Assembly: GCA_013265495.1 (NCBI GenBank)
Contig: MU057632.1
Span: 666,054 to 730,053, forward strand
Length of the DNA stretch: 64,000 nucleotides
Direction: 5' to 3'
Origin: Vicugna vicugna
Lineage: Eukaryota
The translations under genes were made by a program, and so were the position numbers. Of this stretch, positions 50,131-62,418 are shown piece by piece. How positions within the stretch are numbered: position 1 is the stretch's first letter; each line of letters opens with the position of its first letter. The notes under the pieces are model-generated. The model made no database searches and was not told where the DNA came from. It was given only the letters and a program-made list of their open reading frames with translations.

Positions 50131-52287
50131 GATTTATATATATTAAGACAAAGATCTTTTATTTAGTATTTTGTTACTTTGGCTTCTAACTTTTAAATGA
50201 CATACAGTACATGAGCTTTGGTTTCTTGATCTGGCCCAAGCCTTGAATCTCTCATGTATAAAGCTGTCTTATGCTTCATAATACAACGAATCTCATGTTT
50301 AATCCAAGTGAAAGATTATCCTTAGAAAAAAAAAATCTGGGTATTTTTGTATGGAGTTCTGATCAGACTCTGGAAAACATGCGATAACTTTTGATGATAG
50401 ATAACCAGAGGAGGCCCATGAGAGTCACAAAATCCTGTTCTCTTTCAGAGTTTTACACCCCATCAGTTTGGGAAACCTGGGGGTCCAAGAAAGCAGGGGA
50501 TGTGTACAGTAACAGTTACCACCGCCTGTAACAGTAACTGCAACCCCGGGTAACTATAGCAACAGGTACACAGGTAGTAATGGCTGCGTGTATGTCTCTC
50601 TGAAGACCCTCCTCTCTGTTCCTCTGGTTGATGATCTCCAAAGTGTTGGCACACAGGGGCCTGCAAAACCTAGAGACCCAGGGAGAAGACTCCTCAGGGA
50701 AACAGGTGGGGTGAGAGCAAGGCAGGAGGGAGAGAGGTTCAGCGTAGCAGAAATGATACTTCACAGCATCAAACAGGATGTACCAGCACATCTTGCAGTG
50801 TCTCGTGTATGATCACCACACAATCGGGTATTTCTCTATGGGTTTTTTAAAAAATAGAATATGAAAGCTTTATTTCCTAAGGTTTGACTAAGCAGAGAAC
50901 CCAAAGGAAACTGGGGACTGGGATCAATCTTTTTGAAACTATGAGACTGGAAATCATCGTCTATTTCTTCTAATTCCAAAATTTTCAGGAGAAAGAGAAA
51001 GTTAATGCAGAGGCGCTAACAGTCATTTCTCCCCTCTCTCTCTCACATGTATAAAATTAAGAAGTCAGAGATACAGCTGGTGAGAGATTGTCATTACTAC
51101 TGGTAGTTTTTCAATATAGTCCAGGTTCCATTTTATGAATAAGGACATTCAGAACTTCACCGGCAGTTGGGATACTTTCAAATTCAGGGGGCAAAGACCA
51201 TTCACGAGCAAACTTCAGGGGATCAGCCATCGGAAAATACTGCAGAGAATCTCATACAGATGGGAACTTGGTTACCATCCCTGCTCAACGCCCTGTCCCC
51301 CCAACCCTTGCCCCGACCTCCAGAGATGGGCACGAGACCGTTGGAGATTTTGTGTGTCATTGTAGGGGAAGTAAAATCAACTGTGAAAAAGGACGGACTA
51401 CTCAGCAGGGCTGCTCTCTCCCCAGATATTATCATCTGGGCACGCTTCACTTCAGTTTGTTATATTGTAACTGGAAGTTTATTTGGATTTCTGATTTCTC
51501 ACTATGTGATTTACAGGTTAGTTCATCAGCTTAATTTCTAACTGCCCACTGACACACCTCTTCTAGAGGATGAGAATTAAAAAAAAAAAAAAGACAGGTT
51601 TAGCTCCTTACTGAGTGATGAGAAAGGTAATTTATGTTTTTGGAGGAAACAGAAGGTATCAGGTTACTAGCAGGCACTGAAGGTGTTAACTGAGTTAATT
51701 TAAGAGAAACGTTTCAGATTCCAAGAGGAAAGAGAAGACTGAATCAGTGAGTGGGGGTGTGGGAGAGGGAGACAGGGGAAGAGAAGCCAGTTTTCCTGAA
51801 GCGACAAAGGCCACAGGAGTGACGGTGGCCACCAGCACTAAGGGACTGCGACCAGCTGGTCCTTTTAACACAAAGAACTTTGACCACTGCATTTCAGGCT
51901 GGCCCCAAGGTCGAACCACACCTCACAGTATGAACATGACCAGCGGCAAGTTAAGTAAACAGTGGCCACTGGAGGCGTGGCCACACAGGCCCTGGTAGTG
52001 ACCTGAGGGCTGGCTGAGTGGCACTGATGCGGAGTCCAGGAATGGTAGGAACATGTATGACTTGTGTATAGGAGGGTCACTTCAAGGCCGTGTGCTTGAG
52101 ACAGTTGAGGAACTGCCAGCTGCCTGCTTCTCCTGTGGTTAGAATAAATGCTAAATAAAACAGAAAGTCACTTATCCAAAGACCAAAAGGAAACTCGGGA
52201 AAATTTTAAAATTTAAAAAAAATTTTTCTTTAAACTTTTTGGTGGTTAAAATTGATAAAACTGAATATTAAATATTTGGGTTTTTTG

Positions 52288-52853
52288 AAAACTCTAATTA
52301 AAAAAGATACATACATCTCAATGCTTACTGCAGCACTATTTACAACTGTCCATCAACAGATGACTAGATAAGAAGATATGGTATATACATATATAATGGA
52401 ACAGTGCTCAGCCACAAAAAAGAGTAAAATAATGCCATTTGCAGCAATATGGATGGACCTAGAGATTATCATACTAAGTGAAGTAAGTCAGACAGAGAAA
52501 GACAAATACAGTATGATATCACTTACATGCAGAATCTAAAAAATAATACGCAGTATTTATTTACAAAACAGAAACAGACTCACAGAAAACAAACTATGGT
52601 TACCAAAGGAGAGGGAGGGATAAATTAGGAGTCTGGGATTAGCAGATACACACTACTGTATATACAATAAACAATAAGGACCTATGGTATAGTACAGGGA
52701 ACTATATTCAATATCTTATAATAACCTATAATGGAAAAGAATATAAAAAGAATATGTATATATATACATATACATGTATAACTGAATCACTATGCTGTAC
52801 ACCAGAAACTAACACAACATTGTAAATCAACTATACTTCAATTAAAAAAAAAA
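52288..52853 (+). mobile_element. L1 3' fragment
   Basis: Shared ORF2 tail and 3' UTR. Confidence 0.9.
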
Positions 52854-53344
52854 CTTTAGGTCTTAAATTTTCACCTGTCTGCCTTCCGTCTTTAGAAAAT
52901 TAGGCAATAAGCACTTGAAATATACAATATAATAAAAGCCTAAAATGTGTTCTAGTGAAGGGAAACCCTAGTGACCAAGGTTTACCAATCCACAGCACAG
53001 TGTTTCCTATATCTTAAGGCATATAAAGAACTAACTGAATGATGTCAAGCACAGCATTTAAAGATTCTTGAGGCAAATAACAAATGTGCCTAAGCAGATA
53101 TCTAAGCACTGGCAGAGTGAATATATTAACCAGATGAGGGACAGAATTATGCTTATACTATTGATACTAATTTGACATTCTTAGCAAAGTCAACTACTGT
53201 CTGTCATTTTTCCAGATAGTACTTACTATTCTCAAGGCATTGTCCTGACTAACTTGATTATAAAAAATGACAGTCCTGATAATTTGCGGAGTTAGAGAAG
53301 TAGCAGGTGTTAACGACACAAACATGTTTGATTTTGGTTTAGCT

Positions 53345-53703
53345 ATGTGTATAGACTGAATGCTTGTGTCACCCCTCCTCCCAGGTCATATACTGAAACT
53401 TACAATGTGACGGTGCTCGGAGGTGGGGCTTTGGGGAGGTGCTTAGGTCGTGAGGGTGAAGCCCCCATGAATGGGATTAGTGCCCTTATAAAAGAGACCC
53501 CCAGAGCCTACCTCTCCTTCTACCATGTGAGGTTACAGCAAAACGATGGCCTTCTATGAATCAGGAAGCAAACCCTTACCAGAACCTGATCATGCTGGTG
53601 CCTGGGACTTCCCAGGCTCCAGAACTGTGAGAAATAAATTTCTGTCGTTTGTAAGCCAACAGTGTTTGATATCTTTGTTATAGCATCTCGAACAGACTGC
53701 CAC
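53345..53703 (+). mobile_element. MaLR LTR (MLT1A-like)
   Basis: Contains the hallmark segments 'atgaatgggattagtgcccttataaaagagacccc' and 'ccagaactgtgagaaataaatttctg'. Confidence 0.8.
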
Positions 53704-54072
53704 ATTACATCTTGTCAAGTGGGAATAAATGAACATGGCCAAGACTGCAGAGTTGGTAGCTCTTTTCTGGAAGGAAAGCACCACAATATAAGCTGAAAAC
53801 AAATGACATTTTTTTTTCATTAGAGCAGAAATAAATTAATAAAAATATTAAATACATGACTTCCTATATTTTGAGGCTTATGCAATTTCAAAGCAGTAAA
53901 CTGACCTCATGTTGGCAATACTTATTTCAGCCCACATCAAATGTGGATTAAAAGAATCCTAACAATAAACACTGAGCTGAAATCCTGAAATGTGCACAAT
54001 AGGTGGATTAAACTGACGCATTTTAGAATAGAAAGATCTGACATTTAGCATCAGAACTATAAAAATAAGTGA

Positions 54073-54511
54073 GGAACTGTAGTTTCTTGTAATACAACCT
54101 GAGAAGAAAAAAATACATATACATGTATGTGTATGTGTAACTGAATCACTTTGTTGTACACCTGAAAGTAACACTGTAAATCAACTATACTTTAACAAAA
54201 ACTTTTTTTAAAAAAATAAGTGATCTCTGGATACAGAAAACAAACTATGGTTACCAAAGGGAAAAGGGTGGGGGAGGGATAAATAGGAGTTTAGGATTAA
54301 CAGATATACACTACTATATATAAAATAGATAAACAACAAGGACCTGCTGTATAGCACAGGGAACTATATTCAATTTCTTGCAATAACATATAATGGAAAA
54401 GAATCTGAAAGAAAATGTATACATATGTATGTGTATAATGGAATCTCTTTGCTGCACACCTGAAACTGACATTGTAAATCAACTACACTTCAATAAAAAA
54501 TAAAAGAAAAT
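54073..54511 (+). mobile_element. Two tandem L1 3' fragments
   Basis: ~54073-54211 and ~54228-54511, each ending 'gtaaatcaacta.actt'. Confidence 0.85.
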
Positions 54512-55676
54512 AAACAAGTCATCTCATCCAGGCTCTTTGTTTACAGAACCCAAGCTGTAGTAAGGTGAGTCCTTGCTTTGTGGTCACACAGCTCTTTATG
54601 CCACAGTGAAGACTAGAGCCTGAATTCTCTGCATCAAAGTCTCTGACATTTACTGTACACGAAATGTTAGTCCCCATCTTGTGAAAAAAAAAAACACCAT
54701 AAAACAAAACAAAATAAAACGAACAACCCCCCACCAAAAGCCCCCAAAACAGTCTGAGCATGAAGCAATGAGGCAGGACGTGGACTGCCTGCTTCAGAAG
54801 GAGCAGTCACATTCCGTTTGTTCACAGTTTCACAGGGCAATGGCCAGGGACTTCAGCATCTCTCTGCTACAGTCAACTGTTACGTAACAGGTGGTGAGAC
54901 CTGGATGTAGCCATATACGGGTCTTGCCATGAACAGGAACCCAGTCACTGCAGACCAGACACGGTCCAGAGAAATCGCTCTCAGTTCCCTTCAGAGGCAG
55001 GATGATTTTGTCTACCAATCTAATTCTGAAGTACTAAAGTAAATGGCTGTCAATAACGCTGCTTGAAATTTCTCCTAAAAAAGTACAAAAGGAGAGAAGT
55101 ACTGTATGTCCCTGGTACCCTAAATTCTTGGTAAGCTAATCTCAGCTGTATTTCTGTGCAAAATAAGTTCTTTTTTTTCTTGAATGATAAGGGTCAAGTT
55201 CTAAATCAATCTGAGGAAAAAAACCATTTTCATGGTTTGAAAACTTTACATTTTGCTAAGTAAAGGCAAAAACCAAAAAATTCAAAAAAGATGGAACTCT
55301 GGAAGGCAGGGGTGAAAATAATTATCTCAAGAATACATTCAACCATTCTGATGGCAAATGACATCTAAATTTGTAAAAGTTAAACACCATGGAAAGATAA
55401 ATCTGCAATTTCAACTGTAGAATGAGATACTTCTTTTTAACCTTTGTATTTCCCTCTCAAGGACACTGTAATATAATCTTGCTAGGGAAAGACATTTTTC
55501 TGGTTTTCTTGCAACCCATAGCATAATGATTACTTTCACAAAGAATTCCACTATTTGCAAAATATTTTCAGTTTGTTGATGAGGGAACCATATTTTGACT
55601 TACTAGCATTTGCAACCAATATTAAGAGAGCATGTCAATTACAGTGCATAAGAACTACGCATAATATACCCTCAGA

Positions 55677-55677
<1 letters not shown>

Positions 55678-55721
<44 letters not shown>
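55678..55721. repeat. (CA)n microsatellite, ~22 units
   Basis: Seen directly. Confidence 0.95.
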
Positions 55722-55725
<4 letters not shown>

Positions 55726-55789
55726 AAAAAAAAGAAAAGACAAAGGAAAAGAATAGCAGTTTTCATCCTTACAGGCCCTTTAAATGCTT

Positions 55790-56000
55790 CAGAGATTTGC
55801 AGATACCAACTACTATATATAAAATAGATAAACAAGGACCTACTGTACAGCACAGGGAACTATATTCAATATCTTATAGTAACCTATCATGAAAAAGAAT
55901 ATGAAAAGGAATATATGGATGTGGATGTATGACTGAAACACGATGCTGTACACCAGAAGTTGCCACAACATTATAAACTGACTATACTTCAAAAACAAAA
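55790..56000 (+). mobile_element. L1 3' UTR fragment
   Basis: Shared L1 3' end. Confidence 0.85.
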
Positions 56001-56621
56001 GTTAAATTGACAAATATAGCTTAAAATTTTTAAGTTTGTCACATCAGGAAAAATGCCCTCTTCTTAGTCTGGAGAAGGGACATTTTCTCTTAAAACTACT
56101 GGTCTTTCATTTTCCTAGGAAGACACATTTCTTCCATCCTTCCTCTGTTCCAACTAAATTCTACCTACACAACCCCCTCTCTCCGTATTAGGGCAGCGAT
56201 ATGCCCACCCTTTGCAGCATTCCTACCATTCACTTTCCTTCTTCTTCTCCACTTTATTCTCTTAAATTTACTCTTTACACCCCAGAACTCTCAAAATCTC
56301 TCCTTCCACAAACTGTTTATAAATGTATAAAAGTCTGCCTTCTACACAGTTTTCTTATAGACATGCATGCCTGGCCGTCCTTTATTCCCCAAGTACATAT
56401 TAACACTTAAATGGTACTGTTATTGAACTGCAGACTCAAAACGGAAAGGAGCTTACAGTCTGGTCTGGGAAGAAAACATAAGCCATTCTAATTCAGCAGG
56501 ACAGGAAGTGAAAATGTGCCCAAGTGAGTGACAGGACAAAGGATGGAGTTAGCATCCCTGCTGGGGTGAGTTAAGGAACGTCTCACACAGGCGGAGATGC
56601 TTGAGCTATACTTTGAAGGTT

Positions 56622-56660
56622 AAACAAAACAAAACAAAACAAAACAAAACAAAACAAAAC
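56622..56660. repeat. (AAAAC)n microsatellite
   Basis: Seen directly. Confidence 0.95.
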
Positions 56661-56883
56661 TGCTGGACAGAACAGAAGAGGAAAGGGCATTCAAGACTGT
56701 AGGGGCAAAGGTCCCCAGAAAGCCTCTCTATTCAGTAAATAGAACAGCCGCACCCCTTATTATTCAGTATCTGGAACACAGATCTTACTCTTTATGTCTC
56801 AAATACCTGCAACCCCGAGTGTTTCTCACCTATCTTACTTCAACTGTACTTTCAAAGTTCACAATTCAAAACACTGACCTAGT

Positions 56884-57051
56884 GGGGAGGGTATAGCTCA
56901 GTGGTAGAGCATGTGCTTAGCATGCACGAGGTCCTGGGTTCAATCCCCAGTGCCTCCATTAAGATGAATAAGTAAATATATATAAACAAATAAACATAAT
57001 TACCTCTCCCCACCCCCCACCCCCCCCAAAAAGAAAAAAATTAAAAAAAAA
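56884..57051 (+). mobile_element. tRNA-derived SINE (Vic-1-like)
   Basis: Same head and tail as the 50000 copy; degenerate TSD (cactgacct / cactggcct). Confidence 0.9.
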
Positions 57052-57492
57052 CCCACTGGCCTTTTCTCAGTGAAAATTCTGTTTGGGTCTCTGGCAGCAA
57101 GATCCCCCAATACAGGAGGACATCAAGGAACCCTTTCCCAATGGAAATGTTGGGAAACTGGTGAGATAGTATAGCAAAGAGATGGCCAAGGTTATGTGCT
57201 ACTGTGGTTCTCTTCTTAGCTCTTTAATCTTTTTTCTGCATCTTTCAGTTCACTCTCCCTTCTGCCCCTTAAAAATGGTTTCTCCCAAGGATTCATCTTT
57301 GATGGAGAAGTTTACAGCCTTCTCTGAGGCGCTCCCTAACTCTGCTGACTGACACGGATGTCATCTCTACATGGAAACCTCCCATCGTGGTATTTCCAAT
57401 CTCAGTAACTTTCCTGAATTTCTATTTGATTTCTGTTCATTTGCACCTAAAGAATCCTACCAGCACCTTGGAGTTCATAACACCTTGGAGGT

Positions 57493-57870
57493 CTGATGGA
57501 CTTACGACGTTTCAACTTGTCTAGGCTACAGTTTCCAGTTATTCAATCAAACAAATCTAGGTGCTGCTGTGAAGGTACTTTGTAGGTGTGATTAGAGTCC
57601 ACAGTCAGTTCAATTTCAATTGGGGGGACTTTCAATGAGGAGGGGCTATTTAAGATAATCTGGATGACTGAAAGGCTTTGAGAGCAGAAGTGAGGCCTGC
57701 CTGGTGGGGGTATTCCACCCAGGGCCCCGAGGCTCCGGGCTGCCCCATGGATTTCAGATGTGCCTGCCAGCCCCACAATCATATAAGACTATTCTTTGTA
57801 ACAAATCTCTTCATATGTATCTCCTACAGAGACTGCTTCTCTGGTTGAATCCTGACTGGGAGAGGCTGAC
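57493..57870 (+). mobile_element. ERVL LTR (MLT2-like)
   Basis: 'ccagttattcaatcaaacaaatctaggtgctgctgtgaaggta' is characteristic of MLT2. Confidence 0.7.
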
Positions 57871-58296
57871 AGCCCCAAGTGGTCCTCTCTGTCAACTTCC
57901 CATTTCTGTTAGGGTTTCTGCCATTTTCCCACGATCAAACATGGTTGTCTCTGCTGTTGTCTCTGTATGCCTCATCTTCTCTACCTAATTCCTTCCTTCT
58001 TGTTTCAATTAATCTCCTATTACCGAGATTCTTGTCATTTCACTTGGGTTTATACAACCATAGCAGATTAATTAGCACAAAGATGTTGGTCCAGTTTTAC
58101 TGGCCAGTTTTCCCATATCTCACCCCCATCAACTCTGCCTTGTTTACCTCTCTCCACTCCCTGAGAACAACAGCCAAACTGGAGCCTGTTCTTGACTTAT
58201 GAGTTGACACTTTCTGCCTCCAAGCTTTTCCTTATACTATCCTGAGACATCCTTTAATAAAATCTTTCATGTAACTTTTCATCCACATAGATATGC

Positions 58297-58297
<1 letters not shown>

Positions 58298-58335
<38 letters not shown>
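58298..58335. repeat. (TTA)n microsatellite
   Basis: Seen directly. Confidence 0.95.
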
Positions 58336-60129
58336 TTGTATAGATGTTCTTTTATATCTCTCCCCTCTCTCACAAAAAGTGTTTATTGAATGAGTTGCTG
58401 ATCAGCTCTTAGTAACTAAAGTTTAGAGCATTAACTGTGTATACACCTTCATAGAAGTCTGAAGTGGTTCTTAATAATTGGCCAATCAGGTAAGAAAAAA
58501 CCTTCCATGCCCCACTGATTCTATACTTGTTGGTCTTAGGCCAAGTTTAAAGTGTAAAGAAAAAATATACTTTTTTTATTTTACTTGAGTAGAAAAATGA
58601 TTTCTTGCTGCTCATTAATAATAAGCCTAGATAACAAGCAAAAGAACATTTCACTCAGTTGGTTAAACTTGAGGATGGCATAAAACCAAACAGTGTTAAG
58701 ATTCCTTTTGAGACAAGCAACTTAAACTAAACTGGGAATGAGGGAGGAAAAGATATAAATCACGAACGTATTACAGCCGTCCTGAGTATATTTATGCCTT
58801 CTTTCCGTGGACGAGCCCTGCTTCTGAAGTTAAATGTTAAGTGTTAAACAAAACTACAATTAGGAATTAGTTCCATACAAGTGTTACTCAGAATATAAAA
58901 TAAACATATAAAGAAAACACAAGCATTATGTTGAAGACTTTTCTTTGCTAATGAATAAAGCCTTTCTTTCATGTTCAAGTGTCCTCCATCAGATTTTGAT
59001 TTAGAGGTTTTTTGTTTTTGTTTTGTTTTGTTTTTGTAAGAAAGAAGCAAGAAAGGAAGTTACTGATAAGTGTTGATTATGTGATTAGCCTTTGGAGAAC
59101 AGCACTATGTTTGAATATAGGTAATAAAGAAGACTGTCCTTTTCCAGAAGGTTCTCAGAATGGCTTCAACTCAAGCTCTAGAGATGACAATACCACACTT
59201 CCAATTTCAGCCAGACCTTTTGTGACATCAGCACACAAGCGAATAAGAAAAAGAATTAGGAAAAAAAAGTTACTAGATTATACTTCTCCCCATGAATTAT
59301 CTGAAAGCACAAAAGAAGTTCTATTTTTGAAATTTCCTTAAATTCTTAACCTGTATGTTTTCTTCTAATCTAAAGATAGTTCAAACATACCTATTATTTG
59401 AGAATTTTCATTGCTTTCTCTGAAATACTGCTGGGAAAGATCTTCATAAAGAGGGAGAAAAAAGGTACGAACTATCTTAAAAAACACAGTTGATATGACT
59501 CCTCATAAGTTATTCACACACAAAAAGTTACATCTCTCTAGTCCTTGCCTGAATATGATAAAATGAAAGGCAAAATTTTTAGAGCTTTATATAATATAGA
59601 ACTTCAAAATGCAATGAAAATACACTTCTAAGTTTCCAAAACAAGTGTCCATATAAAGTATTTGTATTTAACTGTGTGGAAAAAGGATATAGAACACAGC
59701 TGATGCAATTTTAAATATAAATGAAACGGCTTTAAAGAAAAATATACTTAGTCATAATATTAAGATGTATGTTTTAGTACTAATGAGTTGAAGCACTGCT
59801 CAATTTCAAATCCAGCTTTGAAATCCTGTTAAGTCTACATTTAAAGTTAATCATATTTAGACATTCTAATTTTATAAATATACCTAGAGTAGCAACATCC
59901 TTCTATAAGTACTTATCCACCACATCATTTTTACACTTTTTCTTTTTCATTCAATTATCAGCAGTTTCAAGTAGAAGGCTCCCTTTGTCTGAAAACTGTG
60001 AACACAATTTTGAAAGCTTCATACAAACACAGAGGTTTGGCTTTTGGCTTTAGTTTCATGAGACGTTCTACATTCACTAACAGACTGCTGTTAGGACTTA
60101 GTAAATTCATACATGGAGCATAGACTTAC

Positions 60130-60300
60130 CTTGTTTCTCTTGAAAAGATTAGGAATCAGCATGAAGTTGTTCTCGGAGGAAAACTGGAAACCAAAGAAGC
60201 TTTGACCTGGTTTAAATAACTTGAGCTGCCTGGGGGAGGAATATCGGAGCTCTCAGCCAAATCTCCACTCTCTCCCTCTCTTCCCCCTCCCCCTCTCTCC
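60130..60300 (-). promoter_or_regulatory. RIMS1: Candidate alternative first exon / internal promoter of a short RIMS1 isoform
   Basis: Consensus donor AAG|GTAAGT at 60130/60129, TATA-like TATTTAAA (~60218-60211), and an upstream purine-rich tract (60262-60320) with no obvious minus-strand acceptor. Sits in a repeat-poor block. The 5' boundary is a guess. Confidence 0.55.
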
Positions 60301-60756
60301 CTCCTCCCTTTCCTTCTCACAGACCCACAGTCTGATTAAAGTGCTTCTGTCAAGAGTGTTTCTCCTCTAGCCCACTGTACTGTAAGACCATGAAGGGACA
60401 AATCAGCTCAGTAAGTTTGTTACGCATCATCTCGGAAATCTGAAAACTGCTCAGTAGCCACAATTTGAAAACTGCTACATAGTCACAAAATTTTAAACAA
60501 ACTATATAATGAAGACCTGCTGAAGCCAAGTGAGATGAAAATATGTTGCCTCCTTTATGAAATACCATGTGGCTTCTCTAGTTATGTAAGAAACATTAGC
60601 GAAGGAAAGCTCGGGGAGAAGATGTGATTTCTAAGGCAAACCTTAGGGCTTTCACAGGGGCAACGGGAGGGTCCCACATTGGTTTCTTGCCCTGTTCCCG
60701 CCTGGCACTTGTAATAACCTGTGATACAGTTAAGTTGTCAGGACTATTCCCTTCAA

Positions 60757-60961
60757 TTACTGTATATAAAATAGATAAACAGCAAGGTCCTACTGTGTAG
60801 CACAGGGAACTACAGTCAATCTCTTGTAATAAGCTATAATGGAAAAGAATCTGAAAAGAAAATAGATAGATGCATGTTTATGTACAGCTGAATCACTTTG
60901 CTGTACACCTGAAACTAACATGGTAAGTCAATTACATGGCAATGAAAAATTAAAAACAAAA
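60757..60961 (+). mobile_element. L1 3' UTR fragment
   Basis: Shared L1 3' end. Confidence 0.85.
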
Positions 60962-61884
60962 GCCATCCCCTTGAAGACGCACTGGTCAGTCACTCACAGG
61001 TTCCTGTTCCCGGCTGAGCGCCCTTCCTCAGCCCCCCCACCTGCCAGGAGACCAGAGCAGGGCCAGGAGACAGACGGGAAAGCGCAGGAGAAGAAAAGGG
61101 CCCAACTTCTGCTAAGCGTCTCACACCTACTGAGCCTGGTGCTCAGTGCCTCACACACATTTCCATGAACGCTCCTCACGGTTTGCTGGTGTTGCTGGTG
61201 CTGCGGTCCATCACAAGAGCGAGGACCGGGGCTGCAGAGAGCAGCAGCTGCGGTCAGTAAGTGGGGAAGCCACCACCAGCAGCAGCAAAACCAAGCCCCC
61301 CAGACAAAAGCACATTCCGACCAGGGCCCACGTCCTTTATTTCTTTTTTTTTTTCTCCGTGTCCTTTAAACCTAGGTGGCTCGTTTCATGAGTAAGGGAA
61401 AGTCTCAGCAACAGAACCACCTTACCACAGCCATGGGTTTTGTTTTGTTTTGTTTGGGATAAGAAACAACTTTTATTGGAAAAATACAATTTTTTTTTAG
61501 CAAAACCAATTCAGAGTTGGGGGTAAACTGTCAAAAACAACCAAACAGAAATATTTTTAAAAAGCTGTTATTACAGTCACCCCATTATATTACTCCTATA
61601 AGATCTTAACACTATTTAGTAGGCACTGAATTTATTATATTGGGTTATCAAATTGACTATGTAGCTGCTTGTTTTTTTCTTTTTTTTTTTTCTCGACTGT
61701 GTTTTTTCTTATGGTTTCCCCTCATTTCCATAACAGCACTGAGGAATTTGAGTCAGAGTGACCTGATTTTTCCTCTTCTTCCCTCCAGCGCTGTGACAAG
61801 AGCATGAATAGGTTAAAAAACCATACTTGCTGGTTAACTCAGGACAATCCTGGCTTCTGCCTGTTGCTGGAGCATATTATTAAT

Positions 61885-62418
61885 TTTTTTATTGATGAAT
61901 AGTTGATTTACAATGTTACGTTACTTTCTGGTGTGCAGCATAGTGATTCAGTTATATACATATTCCTTTTCATATTCTTTTTCATTATAGGTTACTACAA
62001 GATATTGAATACAGTTCTCTGTGCTACCTAGCAGAAACTTGCTGTTTACCGATTTTATGTATAGTAGTTAGTATCTGCAAATCTCCACCTCCCAATTTAT
62101 CCCTCCATCCCCTCCCTCCTGGTAACCATAAGTTTGTTTTCTATGCCTGCGAGCCTGTATCTGTTGGGTAAAGTAGTTCATTTGTGTCATTTTTTTCAGA
62201 TTCCACATATAAGTGATACCATATGGTATTTTTCTTTTTCTTTCTGGCTTACTTCACTCAGTGTGATAATCTCTAGGTCCATCCATGTTGCTGCAAATGG
62301 CATTGAATCTGTCGTTGGACATTTAGCTTGCTTCCATGTCCTGGCTATTGTAAACAGTGCTGCTATGAACACTGAGGTGCATGTATCTTTTTGAATTGGA
62401 ATTTCCTCCAGATATATG
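61885..62418 (-). mobile_element. L1 3' fragment with TSD
   Basis: ORF2 tail on the minus strand; near-TSD agcatattattaa (61871-61883) / agcatgttattaa (62423-62435). Confidence 0.9.

Noticed and set aside
51963..51979. CTCF-like tggccactggaggcgtg
   Set aside because: One base short in the core spacing and lacks the central AG.
60262..60322. Plus-strand polypyrimidine tract + CAG as an acceptor of an antisense transcript
   Set aside because: No other support for a plus-strand transcript; more simply read as the purine-rich region upstream of the minus-strand candidate exon.
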